From positions 120,032,001 to 120,096,000 of the forward strand of contig OZ024744.1 in NCBI GenBank assembly GCA_964016885.1: a stretch of DNA of 64,000 nt, read 5' to 3'. This document shows, piece by piece, positions 1-14,317 of this stretch (position 1 is the first letter of the stretch; each line of letters starts with the position of its first letter). The DNA comes from Eledone cirrhosa (lineage: Eukaryota). Made by a program: the position numbers and the translations under genes. The notes under the pieces were generated by a model. That model did no database searches, was not told the origin of the DNA, and saw only the letters and a program-made list of their open reading frames with translations.

Positions 1-3000
1 GATCTCTCAATTCAGAGATTCTTTCCTGAGACATTCTAACCTCATGTCTGTAGTATCAGAGCTGTATGCTCTCAATTCAGAGATTCTTTCCTGAGACATT
101 CTAACCACATGTCATAGTATCGGACCTGTGATCTCTCAATTCAGAGATTCTTTCCTGAGATATTCTAACCACATGTCATAGTATCAGAACTGTGATATCT
201 CAATTCAGAGATTCTTTCCTGAGATATTCTAACCACATGTCATAGTTACAGAGCTGTGATCTCTCTATTCAGAGATTCTTTCTTGAGACATTCTAACTCC
301 ATGTCCACAGTATCAGAGCTGTGATCTCTCAATTTAGAGATTCTTTCCTGAGATATTCTAACTACATGTCATAGTATCAGAGCTGTGATCTCTCAATTTA
401 GAGATTCTTTCAAGAGATATTCTAACCACATGTCATAGTATCAGAGCTGTGATCTCTCAATTCAGAGATTCTTTCCTGAGACATTCTAACGACATGTAAT
501 AGTATTAGATCTGTGATCTCTCAATTTAGAGATTCTTTCCTGAGACTTTCTAAATCCATGGACACAGTATCAGAGCTGTGATCTCTCAATTTAGAGATTC
601 TTTCCTGAGATATTCTAACCACATGTCATAGTATTAGAGATGTGATCTCTCAATTCAGAGATTCTTTCCTGAGACATTCTAACCCCATGTCTGTAGTATC
701 AGAGCTGTATGCTCTCAATTCAGAGATTCTTTCCTGAGACATTCTAACCACATGTCATAGTATCAGAGCTGTGATCTCTCAATTCAGAGATTCTTTCCTG
801 AGACATTCTAACCACATGTCATAGTATCAGAGATATGATATCTCAATTCAGAGATTCTTTCCTGACACATTCTAACCACATGTCATAGTATCAGAGCTGT
901 GATCTCTCAATTTAGATATTCTTTCCTGAGATATTCTAACCACATGTCATAGTATTAGAGCTGTGATCTCTCAATTCAGAGATTCTTTCCTGAGACATTC
1001 TAACCACATGTCTGTAGTATCAGAGCTGTATGCTCTCAATTCAGAGATTCTTTCCTGAGACATTCTAACCACATGTCTGTAGTATCAGAGCTGTATGCTC
1101 TCAATTCAGAGATTCCTTCCTGAGACATTCTAACCACATGTCATACTATCGGAGCTGTGATCTCTCAATTCAGAGATTCTTTCCTGAGATATTCTAACCA
1201 CATGTCATAGTTACAGAGCTGTGATCTCTCAATTCAGAGATTCTTTCTTGAGACATTCTAACTCCATGTCCACGGTATCAGAGCTGTGATCTCTCAATTT
1301 AGAGATTCTTTCCTGAGATATTCTAACTACATGTCATAGTATCAGAGCTGTGATCTCTCAATTTAGAGATTCTTTCAAGAGATATTCGAACCACATGTCA
1401 TACTATCAGAGCTGTGATCTCTCAATTCAGAGATTCTTTCCTGAGACATTCTAACGACATGTAATAGTATTAGATCTGTGATCTCTCAATTTAGAGATTC
1501 TTTCCTGAGACATTCTAACTCCATGTCCACAGTATCAGAGCTGTGATCTCTCAATTTAGAGATTCTTTCCTGAGATATTCTAACCACATGTCATAGTATT
1601 AAAGATGTGATCTCTCAATTCAGAGATTTTTTCCTGAGATATTCTAACCACATGTCATAGTATCAGAGCTGTGATCTCCCAATTCAGAGATTCTTTCCTG
1701 GGATATTCTAATCACATGTCATAGTATCAGAGCTGTGATCTCTCAATTTAGATATTCTTTCCTGAGATATTCTAACCAAATGTCATAGTATCAGATCTGT
1801 GATATCTCAATTCAGAGATTCTTTCCTGAGACATTCTTACCACATGTCATATTATCAGAGCTGTGATCTCTCAATTTAGATATTCTTTCCTGAGATATTA
1901 TAACCACATGTCATAGTATCAGAGCTGTGATCTCTCAATTCAGAGATTCTTTCCTGAGACATTCTAAGCTCGTCATAGTATTAGAGCTGTGATATCTCAA
2001 TTCAGAGATTCTTTCCTGAGACATTCTAACAACATGTCATAGTATCAGAGCTGTGATCTCTCAATTTAGATATTCTTTCCTGAGATATTCTAACCACATG
2101 TCATAGTATTAGAGCTGTGATCTCTCAATTCAGAGATTCTATCCTGAGACATTCTAACCACATGTCTGTAGTATCAGAGCTGAATGCTCTCAATTCAGAG
2201 ATTCTTTCCTGAGACATTCTAACCACATGTCATAGTATCGGAGCTGTGATCTCTCAATTCAGAGATTCTTTCCTGAGACATTCTAACCACATGTCATAGT
2301 ATCAGAGCTGTGATCTCTCAATTCAGAGATTCTTTCCTGAGACATTCTAACCACATGTCATAGTATCAGAGCTGTGATATCTCAATTCAGAGATTCTTTC
2401 CTGACACATTCTAACCACATGTCATAGTATCAGAGCTGTGATCTCTCAATTTAGATATTCTTTCCTGAGATATTCTAACCACATGTCATAGTATTAGAGC
2501 TGTGATCTCTCAATTCAGAGATTCTTTCCTGAGACATTCTAACCTCATGTCTGTAGTATCAGAGCTGTATGCTCTCAATTCAGAGATTCTTTCCTGAGAC
2601 ATTCTAACCACATGTCATAGTATTGGACCTGTGATCTCTCAATTCAGAGATTCTTTCCTGAGATATTCTAACCACATGTCATAGTATCAGAACTGTGATA
2701 TCTCAATTCAGAGATTCTTTCCTGAGATATTCTAACCACATGTCATAGTTACAGAGCTGTGATCTCTCTATTCAGAGATTCTTTCTTGAGACATTCTAAC
2801 TCCATGTCCACAGTATCAGAGCTGTATGCTCTCAATTCAGAGATTCTTTCCTGAGACATTCTAACCACATGTCATAGTATTGGACCTGTGATCTCTCAAT
2901 TTAGAGATTCTTTCCTGACATATTCTAACTACATGTCATAGTATCAGAGCTGTGATCTCTCAATTTAGAGATTCTTTCAAGAGATATTCTAACCACATGT

Positions 3001-3330
3001 CATAGTATCAGAGCTGTGATCTCTCAATTCAGAGATTCTTTCCTGAGACATTCTAACGACATGTAATAGTATTAGATCTGTGATCTCTCAATTTAGAGAT
3101 TCTTTCCTGAGACTTTCTAAATCCATGGACACAGTATCAGAGCTGTGATCTCTCAATTTAGAGATTCTTTCCTGAGATATTCTAACCACATGTCATAGTA
3201 TTAGAGATGTGATCTCTCAATTCAGAGATTCTTTCCTGAGACATTCTAACCCCATGTCTGTAGTATCAGAGCTGTATGCTCTCAATTCAGAGATTCTTTC
3301 CTGAGACATTCTAACCACATGTCATAGTAT
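1..3330 (+). repeat. Higher-order duplication, offset 2503-2567 bp (39-40 monomers); 1-~770 matches ~2500-3330
   Basis: GGACCTGTG at 122 and 2625 (offset 2503). TGAGACTTTCTAAATCCATGGACACAG at 541 and 3108 (offset 2567, one extra monomer). Confidence 0.85.
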
Positions 3331-3899
3331 CAGAGCTGTGATATCTCAATTCAGAGATTCTTTCCTGAGATATTCTAACCACATGTCATAGTATCAGATC
3401 TGTGATCTCTCAATTCAGATATTCTTTCCCGAGACATTCTAACCACATGTCATAGGATCAGAGTTGTGATCTCTCAATTCAGAGATTTTTGCCTGATATA
3501 TTCTAACCACATGTCATAGTATCAGAGCTGTGATCTCTCAATTTAGAGATTCTTTCATGAGATATTCTAACCATATGTCATAATATCAGAACTATGATCT
3601 CTCAATTCAGAGATTCTTTCCTGAGACATTCTAACCACATGTCTGTAGTATCAGAGCTGTGATCTCTCAATTCAGAGATTCTTTCCTGATACATTCTTAC
3701 CACATGTCATAGTATCAGGGCTGTGCTCTCTCAATTCAGAGATTCTTTCCTGAGATATTGTAAACACATGTCATATAATCAGAGCTGTGATCTCTCAATT
3801 CAGAGATTCTTTCCTGAGACATTCTAACCACATGTCATAGTATCAGAGCTGTGATCTCTCAATTCAGAGATTCTTTCCTGAGACATTCTAACCACATGT

Positions 3900-3913
3900 C
3901 ATGGTATCAGAGC
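3900..3913 (+). other. CA plus exact tRNA-iMet PBS motif (TGGTATCAGAGC) within a satellite monomer
   Basis: Reads CATGGTATCAGAGC. TGGTATCAGAGC is complementary to the 3' end of plant initiator tRNA-Met (...GCUCUGAUACCA-3'). Confidence 0.6.
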
Positions 3914-5311
3914 TGTTAAAACTCAATTGAGAGTTTCTTTCCTGAGATATTTTAACCACATATCATAGTATCAGAGCTGTCATCTCTCAATTCAGAGATT
4001 CTTTCCTGAGACATTCTAAACACATGTCATAGTATCAGAGCTGTGATCTCTCAATTTAGAGATTCTTTCATGAGATATTTTAACCACATATCATAGTATC
4101 AGAGCTGTCATCTCTCAATTCAGAGATTCTTTCCTGAGACATTCTAACCACATGTCATAGTATCAGAACCGTGATCTCTCAAATCAGAGGTTCTTTCCTG
4201 AGACATTCTAGCCACATGTCTGTAGTATCAGATCTGTGATCTCTCAAGTCAGAGATTCTTTCCTGGGACATTCTAACCACATGTCACAGTATCAGAACTG
4301 TGATCTCTCAATTTAGAGATTCTTTCCTCAGACATTCTAACGACATCTCATAGTATCGGAGCTGTGATCTCTCAATTCAGAGATTCTTTCCTGAGACATT
4401 CTAACCACATGTCATGGTATCAGATCTGTGATCTCTCAATTCAGAGATTCTTTCCTGATATATTCTAACCACATGTCATAGTATCATAGCTGTCATCTCT
4501 CAATTCAGAGATTCTTTCCTGAGACATTCTAAACACATGTCATAGTATCAGAGCTGTGATCTCTCAATTTAGAGATTCTTTCAAGAGATATTCTAACCAC
4601 ATGTCATGGTATCAGATCTGTGATCTCTCAATTCAGAGATTCTTTCCTGATATATTCTAACCACATGTCATAGTATCATAGCTGTCATCTCTCAATTCAG
4701 AGATTCTTTCCTGAGACATTCTAACCACATGTAATAGTATTAGATCTGTGATCTCTCAATTTAGAGATTCTTTCCTGAGACATTCTAACTCCATGTCCAC
4801 AGTGTCAGAGCTGTGATCTCTCAATTTAGAGATTCTTTCCTGAGATATTCTAACGACATGTCATAGTATTACAGATGTGATGTCTCAATTCAGAGATTAT
4901 TTCCTGAGACATTCTAACCACATGTCTGTAGTATCAGAGCTGTGATCTCTCAATTCAGAGATTCTTTCCTGATACATTCTTACCACATGTCATAGTATCA
5001 GAGCTGTGATATCTCAATACAGAGATTCTTTCCTGAGATATTCTAACCACATGTCATAGGATCAGAGTTGGGATCTCTCAATTCAGAGATTCTTTCCTGA
5101 GATATTCTAACCACATGTCATAGTATCAGAGCTGTGATCTCCCAATTCAGAGATTCTTTCCTGGGATATTCTAACCACATGTCTGTAGTATCAGAGCTGT
5201 GATCTCTCAATTCAGGGATTCTTTCCTGAGACATTCAAACCACATGTCATAGTATCAGAGCTGTGATCTCTCAATTCAGAGATTCTTTCCTGAGACGTTC
5301 TAACCACATCT

Positions 5312-5325
5312 CATGGTATCAGAGC
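5312..5325 (+). other. CA plus exact tRNA-iMet PBS motif within a satellite monomer
   Basis: Reads CATGGTATCAGAGC in the context CCACATCTCATGGTATCAGAGCTGTG. Confidence 0.6.
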
Positions 5326-8300
5326 TGTGATCTCTCAATTCAAACATTCTTTCCTGAGACATTCTAAACACATGTCATAGTATCAGAGCTGTGATATCTC
5401 AATACAGAGATTCTTTCCTGAGATATTCTAACCACATGTCATAGGATCAGAGTTGTGATCTCTCAATTCAGAGATTCTTTCCTGAGCTATTCTAACCACA
5501 TGTCATAGTATCAGAGCTGTGATCTCCCAATTCGGAGATTCTTTCCTGGGATATTCTAACCACATGTCATAGTATCAGAGCTGTGATCTCTCAATTCAGA
5601 TATTCCTTCCTGAGACATTAAAACCACATGTCATAGGATCGGAGTTGTGATCTCTCAATTCAGAGATTCTTTCCTGAGATATTGTAACCACATGTCATAG
5701 TATCAGAGCTGTGATCTCTCAATTCAGAGATTCTTTCCTTAGATTTTCTAACCACATGTCATAGTATCAGATCTGTCAACTCTCAATTCAGAGATTCTTG
5801 CGTGAGACATTCTAACCACATGTCATAGTTTCAGAGCTGTGATCTCTTAATTTAGAGATTCTTTCATGAGATAATCTAACCACATGTCATAATATCAGAG
5901 CTGTGATCTCTCAATTCAGAGATTATTTCCTGAGACATTCTAACTCCATGTCCACAGTATCAGAGCTGTGATCTCTCAATTCAGAGATTCGTCCCTGAGA
6001 CATTCTAACCACATGTCATAGTTTCAGTGCTGTGATCTCTCAATTCAGAGATTCTTTCATGAGATATTCTAACCTCATATCATAGTATCAGAGCTGTGAT
6101 CTCTCAATTCAGAGATTCTTTCCGGGGATATCCTAACCACATGTCATAGTATCAGAGTTGTGATCTCTCAATTCAGAGATTTTTTCCTGAGATATTCTAA
6201 ACACATGTCATAATATCATAGCTGTGATCGCTCAATTCAGAGAATCTTTCCTGAGACATTCAAACCACATGTCATAGTATTAGAGCTGTGATCTCTCAAT
6301 TCAGAGATTCTTTCCTGAGACATTCTTACCACATGTCGTAGTATCAGAGCTGTGATCACTCAATTTAGAGATTCTTTCCTGAGATATTCTAACCACATGT
6401 CATAGTATAAGAGCTGTGATCTCTCAGTTCAGAGATTCTTTCCTGCGACATTCTAACCACATGTCATAGTATCATAGCTGTGATCTCTCAATTTAGAGAT
6501 TCTTTCATGAGATATTCTAACCACATGTCATAATATCAGAGCTGTGATATCTCAATTGAGAGATTCTTTCCTGAGACATTCTAACCACATGTCTGTAGTA
6601 TCAGAACTGTGATCTCTCAATTCAGAGGTTCTTTCCTGATACATTCTAACCACATGTCATAGTATCAGAGCTGTGATCTCTCAATTCAGAGATTCTTTCC
6701 TGAGACATTCTAACCACGTCATAGTATCAGAGCTGTGATATCTCAATTCAGAGATTCTTTCCTGAGACATTCTAATCACATGTCATAGTATCAGAGCTGT
6801 GATCTCTCAATTTAGATATTCTTTCCTGAGATATTCTAACCACATGTCATAGTATTAGAGCTGTGATCTCTCAATTTCAGAGGTTCTTTCCTGAGACATT
6901 CTAACCACATGTCTGTAGTATCAGAGCTGTGATTTCTCAATTAAGAGATTCTTTCCTGGGACATTCTAACCACATGTCATAGTATCAGGGCTGTGATCTC
7001 TCAATTCAGAGATTCTTTCCTGAGACATTCTAACCACATGTCATAGTATCAGAGCTGTGATCTCTCAATTTAGAGATTCTTTCCTGAGATATTCTAATCA
7101 CATGTCATCGTATCATAGCTGTGATCTCTCAATTCAGAGATTCTTTCCTGAGACATTCTAACCACATGTCATAGTATCAGAGCTATGATCTCTCAATTTA
7201 GAGATTCTTTCAAGAGATATTCTAACCACATATCATAGTATCAGAGCTGTCATCTCTCAATTCAGAGATTCTTTCCTGAGACATTCTAACCACATGTCTG
7301 TAGTATCAGAGCTGTATGCTCTCAATTCAGAGATTCTTTCCTGAGACATTCTAACCACATGTCATCGTATCAGAGCTGTTATCTCTCAATTCAGAGATTC
7401 TTTCATGAGATATTCTAACCACATGTCATAGTATCAGAGCTGTGATCTCTCAATTCAGAGATCCTTTCCGGGGATATTCTAACCTCATGTCATAGTATCA
7501 GAGCTGTGATCTCTCAATTTAGAGATTATTTCCTGAGACATTCTTACCACATGTCATAGTATCAGAGCTGTGATCTCTCAATTTAGAGATTCTTTCCTGA
7601 GACATTCTAACCACATGTCATAGTATCAGAGCTGTGATCTCTCAATTCAGAGATTCTTTCCTGAGACATTCTAACCACGTCATAGTATCAGAGCTGTGAT
7701 ATCTCAATTCAGAGATTCTTTCCTGAGACATTCTAATCACATGTCATAGTATCAGAGCTGTGATCTCTCAATTTAGATATTCTTTCCTGAGATATTCTAA
7801 CCACATGTCATAGTATTAGAGCTGTGATCTCTCAATTCAGAGGTTCTTTCCTGAGACACTCTAACCACATGTCTGTAGTATCAGAGCTGTGATCTCTCAA
7901 TTAAGAGATTCTTTCCTGGGACATTCTAACCACATGTCATAGTATCAGGGCTGTGATCTCTCAATTCAGAGATTCTTTCCTGAGACATTCTAACCACATG
8001 TCATAGTATCGGAGCTGTGATCTCTCAATTCAGAGATTCTTTCCTGAGATATTCTAACCACATGTCATAGTATCAGAACTGTGATATCTCAATTCAGAGA
8101 TTCTTTCCTGAGATATTCTAACCACATGTCATATTTACAGAGCTGTGATCTCTCTATTCAGAGATTCTTTCTTGAGACATTCTAACTCCATGTCCACAGT
8201 ATCAGAGCTGTGATCTCTCAATTTAGAGATTCTTTCCTGAGATATTCTAACTACATGTCATAGTATCAGAGCTGTGATCTCTCAATTTAGAGATTCTTTC

Positions 8301-9671
8301 AAGAGATATTCTAACCGCATGTCATAGTATCAGAGCTGTGATCTCTCAATTCAGAGATTCTTTCCTGAGACATTCTAACGACATGTAATAGTATTAGATC
8401 TGTGATCTCTCAATTTAGAGATTCTTTCCTGAGACATTCTAACTCCATGTCCACAATATCAGAGCTGTGATCTCTCAATTTAGAGATTCTTTCCTGAGAT
8501 ATTCTAACCACATGTCATAGTATTAGAGATGTGATCTCTCAATTCAGAGATTCTTTCCTGAGACATTCTAACCCCATGTCTGTAGTATCAGAGCTTTATG
8601 CTCTCAATTCAGAGATTCTTTCCTGAGACATTCTAACCACATGTCATAGTATCTGAGCTGTTATCTCTCAATTCAGAGATTCTTTCCTGAGACATTCTAA
8701 CCACATGGCATAGTATCAGAGCTGTGATATCTCAATTCAGAGATTCTTTCCTGAGATATTCTAACCACATGTCATAGTATCAGAGCTGTGATCTCTCAAT
8801 TCAGATATTCTTTCCTGAGACATTCTAACCACATGTCATAGGATCAGAGTTGTGATCTCTCAATTCAGAGATTCTTTCCTGAGATATTCTAACCACATGT
8901 CATAGTATCAGAGCTGTGACCTCTCAATTCAGAGATTCTTTCCTGAGACATTCTAACCACATGTCTGTAGTATCAGAGCTGTGATCTCTCAATTCAGAGA
9001 TTCTTTCCTGAGACATTCTAACCACATGTCTGTAGTATCTGAGCTGTTATCTCTCAATTCAGAGATTCTTTCCTGAGACATTCTAACCACATGTCATAGT
9101 ATCAGAGCTGTGATATCTCAATTCAGAGATTATTTCCTGAGATATTCTAACCACATGTCATAGTATCAGATCTGTGATCTCTCAATTCAGATATTCTTTC
9201 CCGAGACATTCTAACCACATGTCATAGGATCAGAGTTGTGATCTCTCAATTCAGAGATTTTTTCCTGAGATATTCTAACCACATGTCATAGTATCAGAGC
9301 TGTGATCTCCCAATTCAGAGATTCTTTCCTGGGATAATCTAACCACATGTCATAGTATCAGAGCTGTGATCTCTCAATTTAGAGATTCTTTCATGAGATA
9401 TTCTAACCATATGTCATAATATCAGAACTATGATCTCTCAATTCAGCGATTCTTTCCTGAGACATTCTAACCACATGTCTGTAGTATCAGAGCTGTGATC
9501 TCTCAATTCAGAGATTCTTTCCTGATACATTCTTACCACATGTCATAGTATCAGGGCTGTGCTCTCTCAATTCAGAGATTATTTCCTGAGATATTGTAAA
9601 CACATGTCATATAATCTGAGCTGTGATCTCTCAATTCAGAGATTCTTTCCTGAGACATTCTAACCACATGT

Positions 9672-9685
9672 CATGGTATCAGAGC
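9672..9685 (+). other. CA plus exact tRNA-iMet PBS motif within a satellite monomer
   Basis: Reads CATGGTATCAGAGC, followed by the same divergent TGTTAAAACTCAATTGAGAG as the copy at 3902. Confidence 0.6.
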
Positions 9686-10219
9686 TGTTAAAACTCAATT
9701 GAGAGATTCTTTCCTGAGATATTTTAACCACATATCATAGTATCAGAGCTGTCATCTCTCAATTCAGAGATTCTTTCCTGAGACATTCTAACCACATGTC
9801 ATAGTATCAGAGCTGTGATCTCTCAATTTAGAGATACTTTCATGAGACATTCTAACCACATGTCTGTAGTATCAGAGCTGTGATCTCTCAATTCAGAGAT
9901 TCTTTCCTGATACATTCTTACCACATGTCATAGTATCAGAGCTGTGATCTCTCAATTCAGAGATTCTTTCCTGAGACATTCTAACCACGTCATAGTATCA
10001 GAGCTGTGATATCTCAATTCAGAGATTCTTTCCTGAGACATTCTAATCACATGTCATAGTATCAGAGTTGTGATCTCTCAATTTAGATATTCTTTCCTGA
10101 GATATTCTAACCACATGTCATAGTATTAGAACCGTGATCTCTCAAATCAGAGGTTCTTTCCTGAGACATTCTAGCCACATGTCTGTAGTATCAGATCTGT
10201 GATCTCTCAAGTCAGAGAT

Positions 10220-13200
10220 TCTTTCCTGAGACATTCTTACCACATGTCATAGTATCATAGCTGTGATATCTCAATTCAGAGATTCTTCCCTGAGACATTC
10301 TAACCACATGTCATAGTATCAGAGCTGTTATCTCTCATTTCAGAGATTCTTTCTTGAGACATTCTAACTCCATGTCCACAGTATCAGAGCTGTGAACTCT
10401 CAATTCAGAGATTCTTTCCTGAGACATTCTAACCACATGTCATATTATCAGAGTTGTGATCTCTCAATTCAGAGATTCTTTCCTGATATATTCTAACCAC
10501 ATGTCATAGTATCAGATCTGTCAACTCTCAATTCAGAGATTCTTGCGTGAGACATTCTAACAACATGTCATAGTATCAGAGCTGTGATCTCTTAATTTAG
10601 AGATTCTTTCATGAGATAATCTAACCACATGTCATAATATCAGAGCTGTGATCTCTCAATTCAGAGATTATTTCCTGAGACATTCTAACTCCATGTACAC
10701 AGTATCAGAGCTGTGATCTCTCAATTCAGAGATTCGTCCCTGAGACATTCTAACCACATGTCATAGTTTCAGTGCTGTGATCTCTCAATTCAGAGATTCT
10801 TTCATGAGATATTCTAACCTCATATCATAGTATCAGAGCTGTGACCTCTCAATTCAGAGATTCTTTCCGGGGATATCCTAACCACATGTCATAGTATCAG
10901 AGTTGTGATCTCTCAATTCAGAGATTTTTTCCTGAGATATTCTAAACACATGTCATAATATCATAGCTGTGATCGCTTAATTCAGAGAATCTTTCCTGAG
11001 ACATTCAAACCACATGTCATAGTATTAGAGCTGTGATCTCTCAATTCAGAGATTCTTTCCAGAGACATTCTTACCACATGTCGTAGTATCAGAGCTGTGA
11101 TCACTCAATTTAGAGATTCTTTCCTGAGACATTCTAACCACATGTCATAGTATAAGAGCTGTGATCTCTCAGTTCAGAGATTCTTTCCTGAGACATTCTA
11201 ACCACATGTCATAGTATCATAGCTGTGATCTCTCAATTTAGAGATTCTTTCATGAGATATTCTAACCACATGTCAAAATATCAGAGCTGTGATATCTCAA
11301 TTGAGAGATTCTTTCCTGAGACATTCTAACCACATGTCTATAGTATCAGAACTGTGATATCTCAATTCAGAGATTCTTTCCTGATACATTCTAACCACAT
11401 GTCATAGTATCAGAGCTGTGATCTCTCAATTCAGAGATTCTTTCCTGAGACATTCTAACCACGTCATAGTATCAGAGCTGTGATATCTCAATTCAGAGAT
11501 TCTTTCCTGAGACATTCTAATCACATGTCATAGTATCAGAGCTGTGATCTCTCAATTTAGATATTCTTTCCTGAGATATTCTAACCACATGTCATTGTAT
11601 TAGAGCTGTGATCTCTCAATTTCAGAGGTTCTTTCCTTAGACATTCTAACCACATGTCTGTAGTATCAGAGCTGTGATCTCTTAATTCAGAGATTCTTTC
11701 CTGAGATATTCTAACCACATGTCATAGTATCAGAGCTGTGATCTCCCAATTCAGAGATTCTTTCCTGGGATATTCTAACCACATGTCTGTAGTATCAGAG
11801 CTGAGATCTCTCAATTCAGGGATTCTTTCCTGAGACATTCAAACCACATGTCATAGTATCAGAGCTGTGATCTCTCAATTCAGAGATTCTTTCCTGAGAC
11901 ATGCTAACCAGATGTCATAATATCAGATCTGTGATCTCTCAATTCAGAGATTCTTTCCTGAGACGTTCTAACCACATCTCATAGTATCCGAGCTGTGATC
12001 TCTCAATTCAGACATTCTTTCCTGAGACATTCTAACCACATGTCATAGTATCAGAGCTGTGATATCTCAATACAGAGATTCTTTCCTGAGATATTCTAAC
12101 CACATGTCATAGGATCAGAGTTGTGATCTCTCAATTCAGAGATTCTTTCCTGAGATATTCTAACCACATGTCATAGTATCAGAGCTGTGATCTCCCAATT
12201 CGGAGATTCTTTCCTGGGATATTCTAACCACATGTCATAGTATCAGAGCTGTGATCTCTCAATTCAGATATTCCTTCCTGAGACATTAAAACCACATGTC
12301 ATAGGATCAGAGTTGTGATCTCTCAATTCAGAGATTCTTTCCTGAGATATTGTAACCCCATGTCATAGTATCAGAGCTGTGATCTCTCAATTCAGAGATT
12401 CTTTCCTTAGATTTTCTAACCACATGTCATAGTATCAGAGCTGTGATCTCTCAATTCAGATATTCTTTCCTGAGACATTCTTACCACATGTCATAGTATC
12501 ATAGCTGTGATATCTCAATTCAGATATTCTTTCCTGAGACATTCTAACCACATGTCATAGTATCAGAGCTGTTATCTCTCATTTCAGAGATTCTTTCTTG
12601 AGACATTCTAACTCCATGTCCACAGTATCAGAGCTGTGAACTCTCAATTCAGAGATTCTTTCCTGAGACATTCTAACCACATGTCATATTATCAGAGTTG
12701 TGATCTCTCAATTCAGAGATTCTTTCCTGATATATTCTAAACACATGTCATAGTATCAGATCTGACAAATCTCAATTCAGAGATTCTTGCGTGAGACATT
12801 CTAACAACATGTCATAGTATCAGAGCTGTGATCTCTTAATTTAGAGATTCTTTCATGAGATAATCTAACCACATGTCATAATATCAGAGCTGTGATCTCT
12901 CAATTCAGAGATTATTTCCTGAGACATTCTAACTCCATGTACACAGTATCAGAGCTGTGATCTCTCAATTCAGAGATTCGTCCCTGAGACATTCTAACCA
13001 CATGTCATAGTTTCAGTGCTGTGATCTCTCAATTCAGAGATTCTTTCATGAGATATTCAAACCTCATATCATAGTATCAAAGCTGTGACCTCTCAATTCA
13101 GAGATTCTTTCAGGGGATATCCTAACCACATGTCATAGTATCAGAGTTGTGATCTCTCAATTCAGAGATTTTTTCCTGAGATATTCTAAACACATGTCAT

Positions 13201-13860
13201 AATATCAGAGCTGTGATCGCTTAATTCAGAGAATCTTTCCTGAGACATTCAAACCACATGTCATAGTATTAGAGCTGTGATCTCTCAATTCAGAGATTCT
13301 TTCCAGAGACATTCTTACCACATGTCGTAGTATCAGAGCTGTGATCACTCAATTTAGAGATTCTTTCCTGAGACATTCTAACCACATGTCATAGTATAAG
13401 AGCTGTGATCTCTCAGTTCAGAGATTCTTTCCTGAGACATTCTAACCACATGTCATAGTATCATAGCTGTGATCTCTCAATTTAGAGATTCTTTCATGAG
13501 ATATTCTAACCACATGTCATAATATCAGAGCTGTGATATCTCAATTGAGAGATTCTTTCCTGAGACATTCTAACCACATGTCTATAGTATCAGAACTGTG
13601 ATCTCTCAATTCAGAGATTCTTTCCTGAGACATTCTAACCACGTCATAGTATCAGAGCTGTGATATCTCAATTCAGAGATTCTTTCCTGAGACATTCTAA
13701 TCACATGTCATAGTATCAGAGCTGTGATCTCTCAATTTAGATATTCTTTCCTGAGATATTCTAACCACATGTCATTGTATTAGAGCTGTGATCTCTCAAT
13801 TTCAGAGGTTCTTTCCTGAGACATTCTAACCACATGTCTGTAGTATCAGAGCTGTGATCT
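10220..13860 (+). repeat. Higher-order duplication, offset about 2244 bp (35 monomers)
   Basis: TCGTCCCTGAG at 10734 and 12978. Both copies share CCATGTACACAG, GATCGCTTAA, TTCCAGAGAC, TATAAGAG and GTCATTGTATTAG in the same order. Confidence 0.85.
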
Positions 13861-14317
13861 CTTAATTTAGAGATGCTTTCATGAGATATTCTAACCACAT
13901 GTCATAGTATTAGATCTGTGATCTCTCAATTCAAAGATTCTTTCCTGAGACATTCTAACCACATGTCATAGTATCGGAGCTGTCATCTCTCAATTCAGAG
14001 ATTCTTTCCTGAGACATTCTAACCACATGTCATAGTATCAGAGCTGTGATCTCTCAATTTAGAGATTCTTTCCTGAGATATTCTAATCACAGGTCATCGT
14101 ATCATAGCTGTCATCTCTCAAATCAGAGATTCTTTCCTGAGACATTCTAACCACATGTCATAGTATCAGAGCTATGATCTCTCAATTTAGAGATTCTTTC
14201 AAGAGATATTCTAACCACATGTCATAGTATCAGAGCTGTGATCTCTCAATTCAGAGATTCTTTCCTGAGACATTCTAACCACATGTAATAGTATTAGATC
14301 TGTGATCTCTCAATTTA

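Noticed and set aside
1-64. Internal sub-repeat (GAGATTCT/GAGACATTCT, TCAGAG twice) as evidence of a shorter ancestral unit
   Set aside because: The matches are short and irregularly spaced, and no consistent 16-, 21- or 32-bp sub-period can be supported.
1961-1980. Odd segment ATTCTAAGCTCGTCATAG as a possible foreign insert
   Set aside because: It is the 62-bp AACCACGTC variant with two substitutions, not foreign DNA.
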